DNA from: Candidatus Hydrothermarchaeota archaeon | Lineage (GTDB): Archaea > Hydrothermarchaeota > Hydrothermarchaeia > Hydrothermarchaeales > BMS3B | Length of the DNA stretch: 64,000 nucleotides | Reading direction: 5' to 3' | Assembly (NCBI GenBank): GCA_015521615.1 | Contig: WANW01000059.1 | Coordinates: 802 to 64,801, forward strand | In this document: one piece after another, positions 42,294 to 51,996 of the stretch | Layout of the letters: the number at the start of each line of letters is the position of its first letter | How positions within the stretch are numbered: the stretch's first letter is position 1 | Translations under genes and position numbers: made by a program | Notes under the pieces: generated by a model | The model's input: the letters and a program-made list of their open reading frames with translations, nothing else | Database searches by the model: none | Told to the model about the DNA's origin: nothing

Positions 42294-42683
42294 ATGGCCA
42301 AGATTATGGTTGTTGATGATGAACCTGAGATGGTATTCCTTATTAAAAAGATTCTGGAAGAGGGGGGGCATGAGGTAGAAACTGCTTACTCAGGGCAGGA
42401 GGCGCTTGACAAGCTTGAGTCAGGCAGCAGACCGGACCTTATACTCCTCGACGTTATGATGCCTGGTTTGAATGGATGGGAGGTAAGCAGAAAAATTAAA
42501 GAGAAGGAGGATACAAAAGACATCATCGTGGCCATGCTCACGATTAAAAGTGAGGATGAGGATAAGGTAACCAGCCTTGACGAGGGCCTTGCTGATTGGC
42601 ATATCAGCAAACCTTTTAGGAATGAAGAATTGCTCCGCACCGTTAACTGGCTTTTGGAAAGGCCTATAAAAAGGGAGCAGTAG
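42294..42683 (+). CDS. Single-domain response regulator (CheY-like receiver).
   Basis: MAKIMVVDDEP...D...K receiver motifs. Confidence 0.75.
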   Translation: MAKIMVVDDEPEMVFLIKKILEEGGHEVETAYSGQEALDKLESGSRPDLILLDVMMPGLNGWEVSRKIKEKEDTKDIIVAMLTIKSEDEDKVTSLDEGLADWHISKPFRNEELLRTVNWLLERPIKREQ

Positions 42684-42695
42684 CGGGCGATTACC

Positions 42696-43466
42696 ATGGG
42701 TGTCTCCATTACAATATGTTCTGGAAAGGGTGGAACAGGTAAGACTACCATTTCAGCGAATCTCGGTGTTGCGCTTGCACAGTTTGGAAAGGAGGTTCTA
42801 ATTCTCGACGCAGACATAGAGATGGCAAATCTGGAACTCATTCTCGGCCTGGAGGATGTAAAAACAACCCTCCACCATGTCCTGGCCGGAGAGGCGGACA
42901 TAAGCGAGGCGATATACGAAGGTCCAGCCGGGGTAAAGGTTGTTCCTGCGGGTATATCACTGGAAACGCTTAAGAAGGCCGACCCTGACAGGCTTGATTC
43001 TGTACTGGAGGCGCTGAAACAGGTTGAAATTCTGCTGATAGATGCGCCTGCAGGGCTGGGGAGGAGTGTTCTAACAGCACTCTCTACCGCACAGGAAGCT
43101 ATACTGGTGGTGAACCCTGAGATCTCAAGCATGAGTGATGCTCTGAAAACAAAAATTATAGCAAAAAAACTGGGCACCCATGTGCTTGGCGCGGTGCTGA
43201 ACCGCACCACCTTTGATAGCAGCGACCTCACCGTAAAGGAAGTGGAGATGATTCTGGAGACACGCATCCTGGCGGTTGTGCCCGAGGACCCGGAGGTGCG
43301 AAGAAGCGCTGCCTTTGGTCAGCCCTTTGTTATCCGTGCGCCAAACTCCCAGGCTGCACAGGCAATTAAGAAGCTTGCTGCAGATCTGATAGGGGAGGAG
43401 TACATACCACCTCAGCCCAAGGAATCCTTTATGAAGCGTCTCATTAAGGGGCTGTTCGGCAGGTAG
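42696..43466 (+). CDS. MinD/ParA-family P-loop ATPase (archaeal MinD-like).
   Basis: Deviant Walker [10 protein letters not shown]. Confidence 0.8.
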   Translation: MGVSITICSGKGGTGKTTISANLGVALAQFGKEVLILDADIEMANLELILGLEDVKTTLHHVLAGEADISEAIYEGPAGVKVVPAGISLETLKKADPDRLDSVLEALKQVEILLIDAPAGLGRSVLTALSTAQEAILVVNPEISSMSDALKTKIIAKKLGTHVLGAVLNRTTFDSSDLTVKEVEMILETRILAVVPEDPEVRRSAAFGQPFVIRAPNSQAAQAIKKLAADLIGEEYIPPQPKESFMKRLIKGLFGR

Positions 43467-43504
43467 ATAGCCCTCATATATATTGTGGTGATGGTGGGCG
43501 AGTT

Positions 43505-43921
43505 ATGGATTATGAAACCTTCGACCATGAGGCAGATATAGGTATAAGGGGGTATGGGGAAACCCTGGAAGAGGCCTTTGAAAACGCAGCCAGAGCCATG
43601 TTTTCTGTTATGGTGGACCTGAGCAAGGTTAAGCCGGTGAAAAAATTTCACATAGAGGCTGAAGCGCCGGATGTGGAGGCACTGCTTGTAGAGTGGCTTA
43701 ACCAGCTTCTTGCCATCGCCGACCTGGAGGGTTACCTGTTCTCAGACTTCAGGGTTAAAATCTCAGAGGATGGCACCCACCTCGAAGGTTACGCCATGGG
43801 CGAGCCCATAGACAGGGAGAAACACGAAATAAGCGTGGAGGTGAAGGGTGCGACCTATTCCATGCTTGAAGTTGATAAAGAGGATGGAAGATATAGGGCG
43901 CAGTGCGTCGTCGACGTTTAG
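43505..43921 (+). CDS. Archease.
   Basis: Conserved archease N-terminus (FDHEADIG); 138 aa; immediately upstream of rtcB. Confidence 0.85.
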   Translation: MDYETFDHEADIGIRGYGETLEEAFENAARAMFSVMVDLSKVKPVKKFHIEAEAPDVEALLVEWLNQLLAIADLEGYLFSDFRVKISEDGTHLEGYAMGEPIDREKHEISVEVKGATYSMLEVDKEDGRYRAQCVVDV

Positions 43922-43932
43922 AGGTGGTGGAG

Positions 43933-45363
43933 ATGGAGCTGAGGTCTCTTGAGAGGAAGAGCGAGTATGAGTGGGAGATACCCAGAACAGGGGACATGAA
44001 TGTCCCCGGTAAAATCTTTGCGTCACGCAGGCTCATTGAGGAGATGGACGACAAGGTTAAGGAGCAGATAACCAATGTCGCCTGCTTACCCGGGATTCAG
44101 AAGGCTGCACTTGCAATGCCGGATGCACACTGGGGTTACGGCTTTCCGATAGGTGGCGTTGGCGCCTTTGACCCAGAGGAGGGTGGCGTTATCTGCATGG
44201 GTGGTATAGGCTTCGACATCTCCTGCGGTGTGCGAACACTACGCACAGGGCTTAGCCTGGAGGATGTTAAGCCAAAGATTGAGCAGCTGGCGGAAGCGCT
44301 GTTTCGCAAGGTGCCGGCAGGACTCGGAAGCAAGGGTAAGCTGCATCTCAGCATGAGTGAAATTGACGATGTGCTCCGCGGAGGTGCTGTATGGGCGGTG
44401 GAGCAGGGGTACGGCTATGAGGAGGACCTGGAGTACATAGAGGAGCAGGGCAGAATGGAGGGTGCAAAGCCGGAAAATGTCTCCCACATGGCAAAGAAGA
44501 GGCAGCTCCACGAGGTGGGAACCCTGGGCTCGGGGAACCACTACCTTGAGGTACAGTATGTTAGCGAGGTTTATGATGCTGAAGCTGCAAGAGTTTACGG
44601 TCTGGAAAAGAACAGCGTGGTCATCTCGGTGCACTGTGGCTCCCGCGCTCTCGGGCACCAGATAGGCATGGACTACATAAAGGAACTCTACAAAGCTGCC
44701 AAAAAGTACGGAATCCCGATTAAGGACCGCGAGCTCGCGTGTGCCCCCATAAACTCCCCGGAAGGGGAGAAGTATTTCTCCGCCGTGGCAGCCGGGATAA
44801 ATTGCGCCCTGGCGAATCGTCAGGTTATATCTCACCTGGTGAGGCAGGTCTTCGAGGAGGTTATGCCAGAAGCGAAGGTGGAAATGCTCTATGATATAAG
44901 CCACAACACCTGCAAGGTTGAGGAGCACCTCATAGATGGAGAGCGCAGAACGCTGTATGTGCACCGCAAGGGCTCCACCCGTGCTTTAGGTCCGGGGAGA
45001 AAGGAGATCCCCCGTGCCTACCGCGACGTGGGGCAGCCCGTGTTGATAGGCGGCACCATGGGCACCTTTTCCTTTATACTCAGGGGCACAGCTGAGGGGC
45101 TTGAGAAGGCCTTTGGAAGCGCCTGCCACGGAGCTGGCAGGGCAAAGAGCAGGAGGCAGGCGAAGCGGGTATTCAGGGGAGAGCGCATTATTCAGGAGCT
45201 CAGGCAGAGGGGTATAATAATAAAAGCACATTCATATGCAGGCGTCGCCGAGGAGGCACCGGGAGCATACAAGAATGTGGAAGAGGTGGTTGACGCTGTG
45301 CACAACGCTGGCCTGGCAAAGAAAGTGGTGAAGCTGAGACCCCTTGCATGCATAAAAGGATAG
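43933..45363 (+). CDS. rtcB: RNA-splicing ligase RtcB.
   Basis: RtcB metal-binding motifs (SGNHY, H...CHGAGR); 477 aa. Confidence 0.85.
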   Translation: MELRSLERKSEYEWEIPRTGDMNVPGKIFASRRLIEEMDDKVKEQITNVACLPGIQKAALAMPDAHWGYGFPIGGVGAFDPEEGGVICMGGIGFDISCGVRTLRTGLSLEDVKPKIEQLAEALFRKVPAGLGSKGKLHLSMSEIDDVLRGGAVWAVEQGYGYEEDLEYIEEQGRMEGAKPENVSHMAKKRQLHEVGTLGSGNHYLEVQYVSEVYDAEAARVYGLEKNSVVISVHCGSRALGHQIGMDYIKELYKAAKKYGIPIKDRELACAPINSPEGEKYFSAVAAGINCALANRQVISHLVRQVFEEVMPEAKVEMLYDISHNTCKVEEHLIDGERRTLYVHRKGSTRALGPGRKEIPRAYRDVGQPVLIGGTMGTFSFILRGTAEGLEKAFGSACHGAGRAKSRRQAKRVFRGERIIQELRQRGIIIKAHSYAGVAEEAPGAYKNVEEVVDAVHNAGLAKKVVKLRPLACIKG

Positions 45364-45417
45364 GTTTAAATAGCAGACGTTAATAAAGCTACAGTTACTA
45401 AAGAACGTGGTAATGAA

Positions 45418-45780
45418 ATGGCAAAAATTATTTTTGTAGATGACGAGCCTGACATAGGATTGCTCGTTACAAAGATTTTGGGAGACTTCGGGCACGATAT
45501 AAGGTGGGTATCCAGCGCAAAGGAATGCTTCGAAGCTCTTGAAGAGTATGAGCCTGACCTGGTGATAATGGATATATTTATGCCAGGTACCAATGGCGTT
45601 GAGGCGGCAAAGGAAATAAAGGCACAGCATCCAGAAATACCTGTGCTGATGTTCTCCATAATGTACATAGCCGAAGATATAGACGAGGCAATGCAACTCT
45701 CAGGTGCCGATGACTTCCTCGGCAAACCCTTTGAGAGGAAGGAGCTTCTTGAGAAGGTGGAGAGACTCCTAGAAAGCTGA
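45418..45780 (+). CDS. Single-domain response regulator (CheY-like receiver).
   Basis: MAKIIFVDDEP...D...K. Confidence 0.75.
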   Translation: MAKIIFVDDEPDIGLLVTKILGDFGHDIRWVSSAKECFEALEEYEPDLVIMDIFMPGTNGVEAAKEIKAQHPEIPVLMFSIMYIAEDIDEAMQLSGADDFLGKPFERKELLEKVERLLES

Positions 45781-45782
45781 GG

Positions 45783-47012
45783 ATGGGGGGAAGTGTGCCA
45801 GGTATAGGCGAGGCTGAGATTTTAGAGACAATTTTAACACTGTGTCTCCTGATATTCGCAGCCAAAGGTGGTGGAGAGATTGCTCAGCGCTTTGGCATTG
45901 CGGCAGTTGTTGGCGAACTCCTGGCAGGAGTGCTCCTCGCACCTACATTGCTGGGCAGCGCGGAGCTTTTTGGCCACAGGCTGGTAATTATAAACCCCAC
46001 TGTCAAGGTATTCGCCGAAATTGGAGCAATTCTCCTACTCTTCCTTATAGGGCTTGAGATGAAGTTCGCAGATTTCAGGAGAACCGGTATAACAGCTGTG
46101 GGCGTGGCACTGGGAGGTATATTTTTCCCCTTTATCCTGGGATACTACTTTGTGCTGCTTGCAGGTGGCACAGCCCAGGAGGCAATGCTTATAGCCGCCG
46201 CTCTCACCGCAACGAGCATCGCAATAACCGCAAAGACGCTCTATGATATGGGTAAAGATAGAACCCTTGAAAGCAAAATAATAATCAGCGCAGCTGTGTT
46301 TGACGATGTTCTGGGACTGGTGGTGCTTGCAGTGGTGCTTGCGGTGATTCAGAGCGGTGGTATAACCCTTGGTGACACCGCCATAATCGCCGGCAAGGCC
46401 ATAGGCGTGTGGATACTTCTGACCCTCACCGGGATTTTTATCTTCTCACGAATAGTTACAACGACTGCACCATTTATAAAGACAAAGGGCAGCCTTGAGG
46501 CCCTAGCGGTGGCCTCATGCTTTGGCTTCGCCTATATTGCGGGTATCGCAGGCCTGGCACCAATTCTTGGGGCTTTCGCCGCCGGCATGGCCATAGCCGA
46601 GACAAATCTTATCAAGAGCATTCACAGGTTCATAGAGAAGGTGAATTTTATGATGGCTCCACTGTTTTTTACAGTTATAGGCACGCAGGTTGACCTGACA
46701 TCACTCAACGTAACCTCTCTGGGATTTGTAATTATGCTATTTTTAATAGCGGTGTTCAGCAAGGTTGTGGGCTGCGGTTTGCCGGTATTTCTCTCCACCA
46801 GAAGGCTCAGGTGTTCTGCAATTGTTGGCGTTGCCATGGTCTCACGGGGAGAGGTGGGACTCATAATCGCCGGTATAGGTGCCACCTCGGGCATTCTATC
46901 TCCAGAGGTCTTCTCGGCTGCTGTGCTTGTAATACTCGCAACCACAGTACTTGCCCCGGTAGCCCTTAAAAGACTTTTCGCAACCACAGATAACCTTCAT
47001 ATCAGGACATAA
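45783..47012 (+). CDS. Monovalent cation:proton antiporter (CPA2/Kef-type).
   Basis: About 12 TM helices with typical Na+/H+ exchanger family composition. Confidence 0.7.
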   Translation: MGGSVPGIGEAEILETILTLCLLIFAAKGGGEIAQRFGIAAVVGELLAGVLLAPTLLGSAELFGHRLVIINPTVKVFAEIGAILLLFLIGLEMKFADFRRTGITAVGVALGGIFFPFILGYYFVLLAGGTAQEAMLIAAALTATSIAITAKTLYDMGKDRTLESKIIISAAVFDDVLGLVVLAVVLAVIQSGGITLGDTAIIAGKAIGVWILLTLTGIFIFSRIVTTTAPFIKTKGSLEALAVASCFGFAYIAGIAGLAPILGAFAAGMAIAETNLIKSIHRFIEKVNFMMAPLFFTVIGTQVDLTSLNVTSLGFVIMLFLIAVFSKVVGCGLPVFLSTRRLRCSAIVGVAMVSRGEVGLIIAGIGATSGILSPEVFSAAVLVILATTVLAPVALKRLFATTDNLHIRT

Positions 47013-47099
47013 TCCCAAAATTATTTATACTCGAAGCTCTCTTTGGGTTTATTGTAATTGTGTCCAAACTGTGCACAGTTGCAGGCAGGTGGTATTGAT

Positions 47100-48011
47100 A
47101 TGGAGGAGTACGATATCATCGTCATTGGAGGTGGGCCTGCAGGCCTGAGTGCTGGATTGTATGCTGCCCGTGCCAATAAACGCACACTGATTCTTGACAA
47201 GCCCGGAGAGGGTGCCCTCAAGAAGGTTGAAGTTCTGGATAATTATCTTGGTTTTCCTGATGGGATAACCGGGAAGGAGCTGCTTGAGCTGGGCAGACGC
47301 CAGGTGGAGCGCTTCGGCGCAAAAATCCTGGAGGAGGAGGCGATAGCAATTAAGCCCGGTGAGGATGGTCGCTATATCGTTGAAACCGCAGAGGCGAGCT
47401 ATTCCTGCGAAGGGATTATTATCGCCACCGGCGTAAAGCACGAGAAGCCCAGGGTTAAAAATCTGGAGAAGTTCGAGGGACGGGGCGTAAGTTACTGCGT
47501 GACCTGCGATGGCTTCTTTTTCCGCGATGCCCGTGTGGGTGTGCTCGGCAACCGCGACTACGCGGCCAAGGAGGCTGTTGAGCTTTTGAATTACACAAAC
47601 AAGATAACCATTTTCACCAACGGAAAGGAGCTTGAAGTAAGGGAATCACTGAAAAAGAAGCTGGAAGAAAATGGCATTGGGGTGGTTAAGGAGGAGATCG
47701 AAGAGCTTGTTGGCGAGGAGACACTTGCAGGGGTAAAGCTGAAGAGCGGCGAACTTCATGAGCTTCGTGGTTTGTTCGTCGCCGTGGGTACGAGCGGTGC
47801 CACCGACTTTGCGCGCACCCTGGGCATAGCGGTGGAGGGCTCGGCTATAGTGGTGGACAGGAACCAGAGCACCGGCATACCCCGAGTTTATGCTGCCGGT
47901 GACTGCACAGGTGGCAACCGTCAGGTGGCTGTTGCAGTGGGCGAGGGCGCAAATGCAGCGATCAACCTGATAAGTGAACTAAAAGGTACAAAGCATGTGG
48001 ATTACCATTAG
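47100..48011 (+). CDS. trxB: Thioredoxin-disulfide reductase.
   Basis: FAD motif GGGPAG, redox-active CxxC (CVTCDG), NAD(P) motif. Confidence 0.8.
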   Translation: MEEYDIIVIGGGPAGLSAGLYAARANKRTLILDKPGEGALKKVEVLDNYLGFPDGITGKELLELGRRQVERFGAKILEEEAIAIKPGEDGRYIVETAEASYSCEGIIIATGVKHEKPRVKNLEKFEGRGVSYCVTCDGFFFRDARVGVLGNRDYAAKEAVELLNYTNKITIFTNGKELEVRESLKKKLEENGIGVVKEEIEELVGEETLAGVKLKSGELHELRGLFVAVGTSGATDFARTLGIAVEGSAIVVDRNQSTGIPRVYAAGDCTGGNRQVAVAVGEGANAAINLISELKGTKHVDYH

Positions 48012-48023
48012 GGGGTAAGGCAG

Positions 48024-48386
48024 ATGAAAAACCTTCCAGATCTCAAAACCCCCTTCCGGGAGATGTCTGTAATAGATATTATGCGCTGCATGTTCGGCCT
48101 GAAGAGCTTTGAGACCGAGATCTACCTGGAGCTGGTGAACAAGGGCTCACTCACAGTTAATGACCTCGTCGCAAAGTTCGGCAAGGATAGAAGCACAATA
48201 CAGCGGGCACTTCAGAACCTTACTATTGCTGGCCTTATATACCGGGAGCAGAAGAACATCAAGAATGGTGGCTACTACTATGTCTACCACGCCGCACCCT
48301 TCGATGAAATAAAGGACACAATGAAGGCAAGCATCCTAAAGTGGTGCGAAGCTGTTATAAAATGGATTGACGAGCTCAATCCCTAG
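48024..48386 (+). CDS. Winged-helix transcriptional regulator (TrmB/MarR-like).
   Basis: HTH-like region LTVNDLVAKFGKDRSTIQRALQNL. Confidence 0.45.
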   Translation: MKNLPDLKTPFREMSVIDIMRCMFGLKSFETEIYLELVNKGSLTVNDLVAKFGKDRSTIQRALQNLTIAGLIYREQKNIKNGGYYYVYHAAPFDEIKDTMKASILKWCEAVIKWIDELNP

Positions 48387-48613
48387 TAATCCGCCGCAAC
48401 CAGAGTTTTTGTGGAGGTAACCTCTGGTATTGACCTTATCCTGTCCACCGTCTGATTCAGCTCTCTGAGGGACTCTGCCTCTATTATTGCTATGAAGTCA
48501 TACTCCCCGAAAAGCTGCATCGCCTCCCTCACGCCTTTAACCTGAGGCAGTTTTTTTCTAACCTGCGCTTCTCCGCCCACCTCCACTCGAATGAGGCAGA
48601 TACCCTTGACCAT
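48383..48613 (-). CDS. Stand-alone RAM/ACT-like domain protein (Lrp/AsnC C-terminal domain homolog), 76 aa.
   Basis: beta-alpha-beta-beta-alpha-beta pattern typical of the Lrp/AsnC ligand-binding domain. The longer ORF-track start is unsupported. Confidence 0.5.
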   Translation of the reverse strand: MVKGICLIRVEVGGEAQVRKKLPQVKGVREAMQLFGEYDFIAIIEAESLRELNQTVDRIRSIPEVTSTKTLVAADY

Positions 48614-48697
48614 AGCAAGATATTGATTCAGGATATTAAAAATTTTATGATAGGATTGGCTTACAACGGCATTTCTCTGCGATATTTGGGTGGTTAC

Positions 48698-49078
48698 ATG
48701 AGGGTTGAGGAGATAATGACCAGAGAGCTGGTGTATGTTAATCCGGATACCAGTGTGGTGGAAGCCGCGAAGCGGATGAAAAGTGCAAATATACATGCTG
48801 TACTTGTACTGCAGGAGGGGAGGCTTGTGGGAATAGTTGTAGACAGAGACCTGGTTCTCAAGGTACTGGCAGAGGAGCGCAATCCCAATGAAACCATGAT
48901 CAAAGAGATAATGACAGAGAACCCAATTACTGTGGAACCGGAGACTGATGTTATAGAGGCAGCAAGACTCATGAAGGAGCACCGAGTTTCCCGTCTGCCT
49001 GTTGTAGAGCAGGACGGCAGGGTTGTGGGCATCGTTTCTGAGGTCGACTTCCCCACAATTATCAGCAAACTGGAGTGA
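48698..49078 (+). CDS. CBS-domain pair protein.
   Basis: Two CBS motifs. Confidence 0.7.
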   Translation: MRVEEIMTRELVYVNPDTSVVEAAKRMKSANIHAVLVLQEGRLVGIVVDRDLVLKVLAEERNPNETMIKEIMTENPITVEPETDVIEAARLMKEHRVSRLPVVEQDGRVVGIVSEVDFPTIISKLE

Positions 49079-49097
49079 ACCAAAATTTTATTAAGGA

Positions 49098-49406
49098 GTG
49101 GTAAAATTTTCGCTCATGGATCTGAGCAAACTGCCCTTCGACATCAAGAGCATTAAGCCGGGAGAATTTGCATACCTCACAAAGAGGAAGCTGAAAAACA
49201 GAGAGGGCGAGGAGAAGGGGGAGATAATTCTCTGGAAGCGCAGGGAAAGCGAGGAGAGCGAGTTTGTGCTTCACTGCCCCTTCTGTGGTGAGGAGAACAC
49301 AGGCAAAGTTGTGCTCAAGCGGAGACCCTACCGCGTGCGCTGCCCCAGCTGCAACCGCAGCATAGCCCTGCCCAAGCTAGCTGACCAAGCAAAAAGAGAG
49401 GGTTAG
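49098..49406 (+). CDS. Zinc-ribbon protein, hypothetical.
   Basis: C-x2-C...C-x2-C. Confidence 0.4.
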   Translation: MVKFSLMDLSKLPFDIKSIKPGEFAYLTKRKLKNREGEEKGEIILWKRRESEESEFVLHCPFCGEENTGKVVLKRRPYRVRCPSCNRSIALPKLADQAKREG

Positions 49407-50092
49407 CATGTGATTTTCTCACACGCCTGCGCGATAGAGCAGTGTTCACAGGCCGCACCACTGTTGCGGCCCGGTCTAACCTCGCCCCTGAGTATACCCA
49501 CCGCCCTGTTAAGTATGGGCAAAAAGGTTCTGACACTGTAAATTTTAGGCTGCGAAGCAAAAAGCACCTCTCCCGTTAAGCGATGCCTCTCAATAACCAT
49601 GTACTTTACCTCCAGGTGGGAGAACACCCTGCCCAGCCAGTGTGTAACCCTTCCAAAGGCATACCCCGCCAAACCTGCCTTTAAAGCATGGCAGTAGCCC
49701 GCGAGCTGGTACTCATGGCTCTTTCTTAGCTTCCCGAGGCTGCGAAGGACAAACTTCTCTTCCATTACCAGAGCCTCGCTACCGCGCTTCACGAGCCTGT
49801 CCACCTGGCCGCGAAAGGAGTAACCATCATGAACAAATACCACCCTGAGTACCTCCCTGGGAAGCACAATCACGCTCGCAGAGTCGCTCAGCTTCTCCTT
49901 AAGAGCAGGGATTTCATCACTTTCGAATCGCTTTGCTTTGTCAAGCTTTCTCAAAACCGAGTGCTGCCTTGCTCCGGCGCACATTGCCCTGCTCGGCGCA
50001 GGTTTAACTCCCAGCACCTGCGTAATGTAGAAGTAGCGCTCGCAGTATCCCAGCGAAGCTAAGGCGCTGATGGGCACACTTCTGCATGGCAT
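49403..50092 (-). CDS. Cas4-like PD-(D/E)xK nuclease with Fe-S cysteines (solo, no CRISPR context).
   Basis: N-terminal Y-C-x-R-Y motif (LGYCERYFY), central D...E-x-K (VMEEK), C-terminal C-x2-C-x5-C (CEHCSIAQAC). Confidence 0.55.
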   Translation of the reverse strand: MPCRSVPISALASLGYCERYFYITQVLGVKPAPSRAMCAGARQHSVLRKLDKAKRFESDEIPALKEKLSDSASVIVLPREVLRVVFVHDGYSFRGQVDRLVKRGSEALVMEEKFVLRSLGKLRKSHEYQLAGYCHALKAGLAGYAFGRVTHWLGRVFSHLEVKYMVIERHRLTGEVLFASQPKIYSVRTFLPILNRAVGILRGEVRPGRNSGAACEHCSIAQACEKITC

Positions 50093-50147
50093 GCATATTG
50101 ATAAGAAGCAGGAGTATTATTATCAGCGCTAGAGCGCAGGAAAAGTG

Positions 50148-51422
50148 CTAGAGCCCAAAAATCTCAGACAGAGTTTTTCCCGCCTTAATCTCAGCCTTAT
50201 ATCTGCGCTCTTTCTCAGCCACTTCTTTCGCCTTCGCCAGCACTTGCCGTGCAAGTTCCTTTGGCACAACAACCACGCCCACGTCGTCAGCAACGATTAT
50301 ATCTCCCGGGCTGACCTTCTGTCCGCCGCAGGCTATGCTCACCTGAAGCTCACCATGACCATGCGGTTCGCCTGCATTGGGCACAACACTTCGCGCCCAC
50401 ACCGGAAAGCCCAGTCTTACTATATCATCGCTGTCTCTTACTGCTCCATCTATCACAACGCCCTTAATTCCACGCTGCATCGCACTGAGTGTCGCCAGCT
50501 CACCCCACACGGCGATCTCCACACCCTGGGCATCGACGACAATTATATCGCCAGCTTCTGCGAGATCAACAGCCTTCACAACCTTGCCCCAGTCTCCCCC
50601 AAGGGTCCTCACTGTAAACGCCCTGCCAGCAATCCTCCTGCCCTTAACAATGGGCCTTAAACCACGCATTGCACCAAAACGCTTCATGGCGTCGCTTATA
50701 AAGGGCGTCGGAAGAGCCTCAAAACCCTTAACAATCTCCTCATAGCTGAGCTCCCTCTCCGGCTCGGGCTTTGCAGCGGCCACTCCTGCAAGCGAGCAGA
50801 GCTCCCGCGTTGTGGCAACCACGTCCTTCGCCTTTGTTATAGCGCTCCCAACGACAAATATCTCTGCCCCAGCCTGCTTAAGTATGGGGAGCGTCTCCTT
50901 ATTTATGCCCCCGGCCACTGCTATCGGCAGGCCAACGCTCTGCTTTATCCTTCGCAACTCCTCCAGCGAGGTGTTCACCTTTTCCAGCTTCACCTTCTGG
51001 ATATCCTTGGGTGTGTGAATCAAAAGATAGTCAACGCCAAGTTTTTCCAGTTCTCTTGCCCTGCGAAGCTTATCTTCAACGCCTATGAGGTCAGCCATTA
51101 TCTTAACCCCATGGGCTCTGGCAGAGTTGACCGCGCGCTTTATTGTGAAGTCGCTGGCTACGCCCAGAACAGCCACCACATCGGCACCGTTCTTTGCCGC
51201 CATCTCCACCTCCAGGTCGCCTGTATCCATGGTTTTCATGTCAGCGACAATCACACAGTGCGGGAAGCTCGCCTTAAGCCTCTTTACCGCAAGCATGCCA
51301 TGGTTTTTTATCAGCGGCGTCCCGGCTTCGAGCCAGTCCGCACCTCCGCGAACAGCCTCACCTGCGATGGTCAGCGCATCTTCAATACTGAGCAGATCCA
51401 GAGCAACCTGAAGGTGGGGCAT
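50148..51422 (-). CDS. Fusion protein: N-terminal 3-hexulose-6-phosphate synthase (HPS, OMPDC superfamily) plus C-terminal RraA/MenG-like domain.
   Basis: N-terminal half aligns in pattern with HPS (QVALDLL...AGTPLIK...ADMKTMDTG...). C-terminal half carries RraA-family motifs (ISDAM...G...VIDG..RD...FPVWA). Confidence 0.65.
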   Translation of the reverse strand: MPHLQVALDLLSIEDALTIAGEAVRGGADWLEAGTPLIKNHGMLAVKRLKASFPHCVIVADMKTMDTGDLEVEMAAKNGADVVAVLGVASDFTIKRAVNSARAHGVKIMADLIGVEDKLRRARELEKLGVDYLLIHTPKDIQKVKLEKVNTSLEELRRIKQSVGLPIAVAGGINKETLPILKQAGAEIFVVGSAITKAKDVVATTRELCSLAGVAAAKPEPERELSYEEIVKGFEALPTPFISDAMKRFGAMRGLRPIVKGRRIAGRAFTVRTLGGDWGKVVKAVDLAEAGDIIVVDAQGVEIAVWGELATLSAMQRGIKGVVIDGAVRDSDDIVRLGFPVWARSVVPNAGEPHGHGELQVSIACGGQKVSPGDIIVADDVGVVVVPKELARQVLAKAKEVAEKERRYKAEIKAGKTLSEIFGL

Positions 51423-51506
51423 GTTATTTAATTTGCCCGGGCGGGATAAATAAATTTGCATCCAGTCAAGCTAAATTTTATATACGCCAGTGCCCAGAGT
51501 GAGAGC

Positions 51507-51992
51507 ATGCCCCTCAGCCTGTTAGAGAGGATAGCACAGGCGATTTACTTCTTCCTGCCAGCGTACGTCGCAAACACACTGCCCGGAATCTTCGGCGGGG
51601 GCACGCCCCTCGACTTTGGAAAAAAATTTGTTGATGGCCGTCGCCTGCTTGGCGATGGTGTGACGATTCGCGGCACCGCCGTTGGAATTGCCGGTGGCAG
51701 CCTTGTGGGTGCAATGCAGGGCGACCTTCTGCTCGGCTTTGCCCTGTCCTTCGGCGCTCTGGCTGGGGATGCGGTGAGCAGCTTCCTCAAGCGCCGCATG
51801 GGCTTTGAGAGGGGCGCACCTGTACCACTGCTCGACCAGCTCAACTTTGTGGTCGGAGCTCTGCTGCTGGCAAGCCTTCTTACAGAGATACCACGCGACT
51901 ATGTGATAATACTCTTCCTGATAACACCCTTCGGGCACCTAACAGTCAACCGCCTTGGATACCATCTGAAGATTAAGGATGTGCCGTGGTGA
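51507..51992 (+). CDS. carS: CDP-archaeol synthase.
   Basis: Close similarity in pattern to Archaeoglobus CarS (GGGTP.DFGK.FVDG.R.LGDG.T.RG, F.KRR.GFERG, KDVPW). Confidence 0.8.
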   Translation: MPLSLLERIAQAIYFFLPAYVANTLPGIFGGGTPLDFGKKFVDGRRLLGDGVTIRGTAVGIAGGSLVGAMQGDLLLGFALSFGALAGDAVSSFLKRRMGFERGAPVPLLDQLNFVVGALLLASLLTEIPRDYVIILFLITPFGHLTVNRLGYHLKIKDVPW

Positions 51993-51996
51993 GGCT

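Noticed and set aside
48383-48982. 199-aa ORF-track protein on the minus strand.
   Set aside because: Only the C-terminal 76 aa (from MVKGICLIR...) form a coherent RAM/ACT-like domain. The upstream 120 aa are Cys/His-rich low-complexity, antisense to the CBS-protein region.
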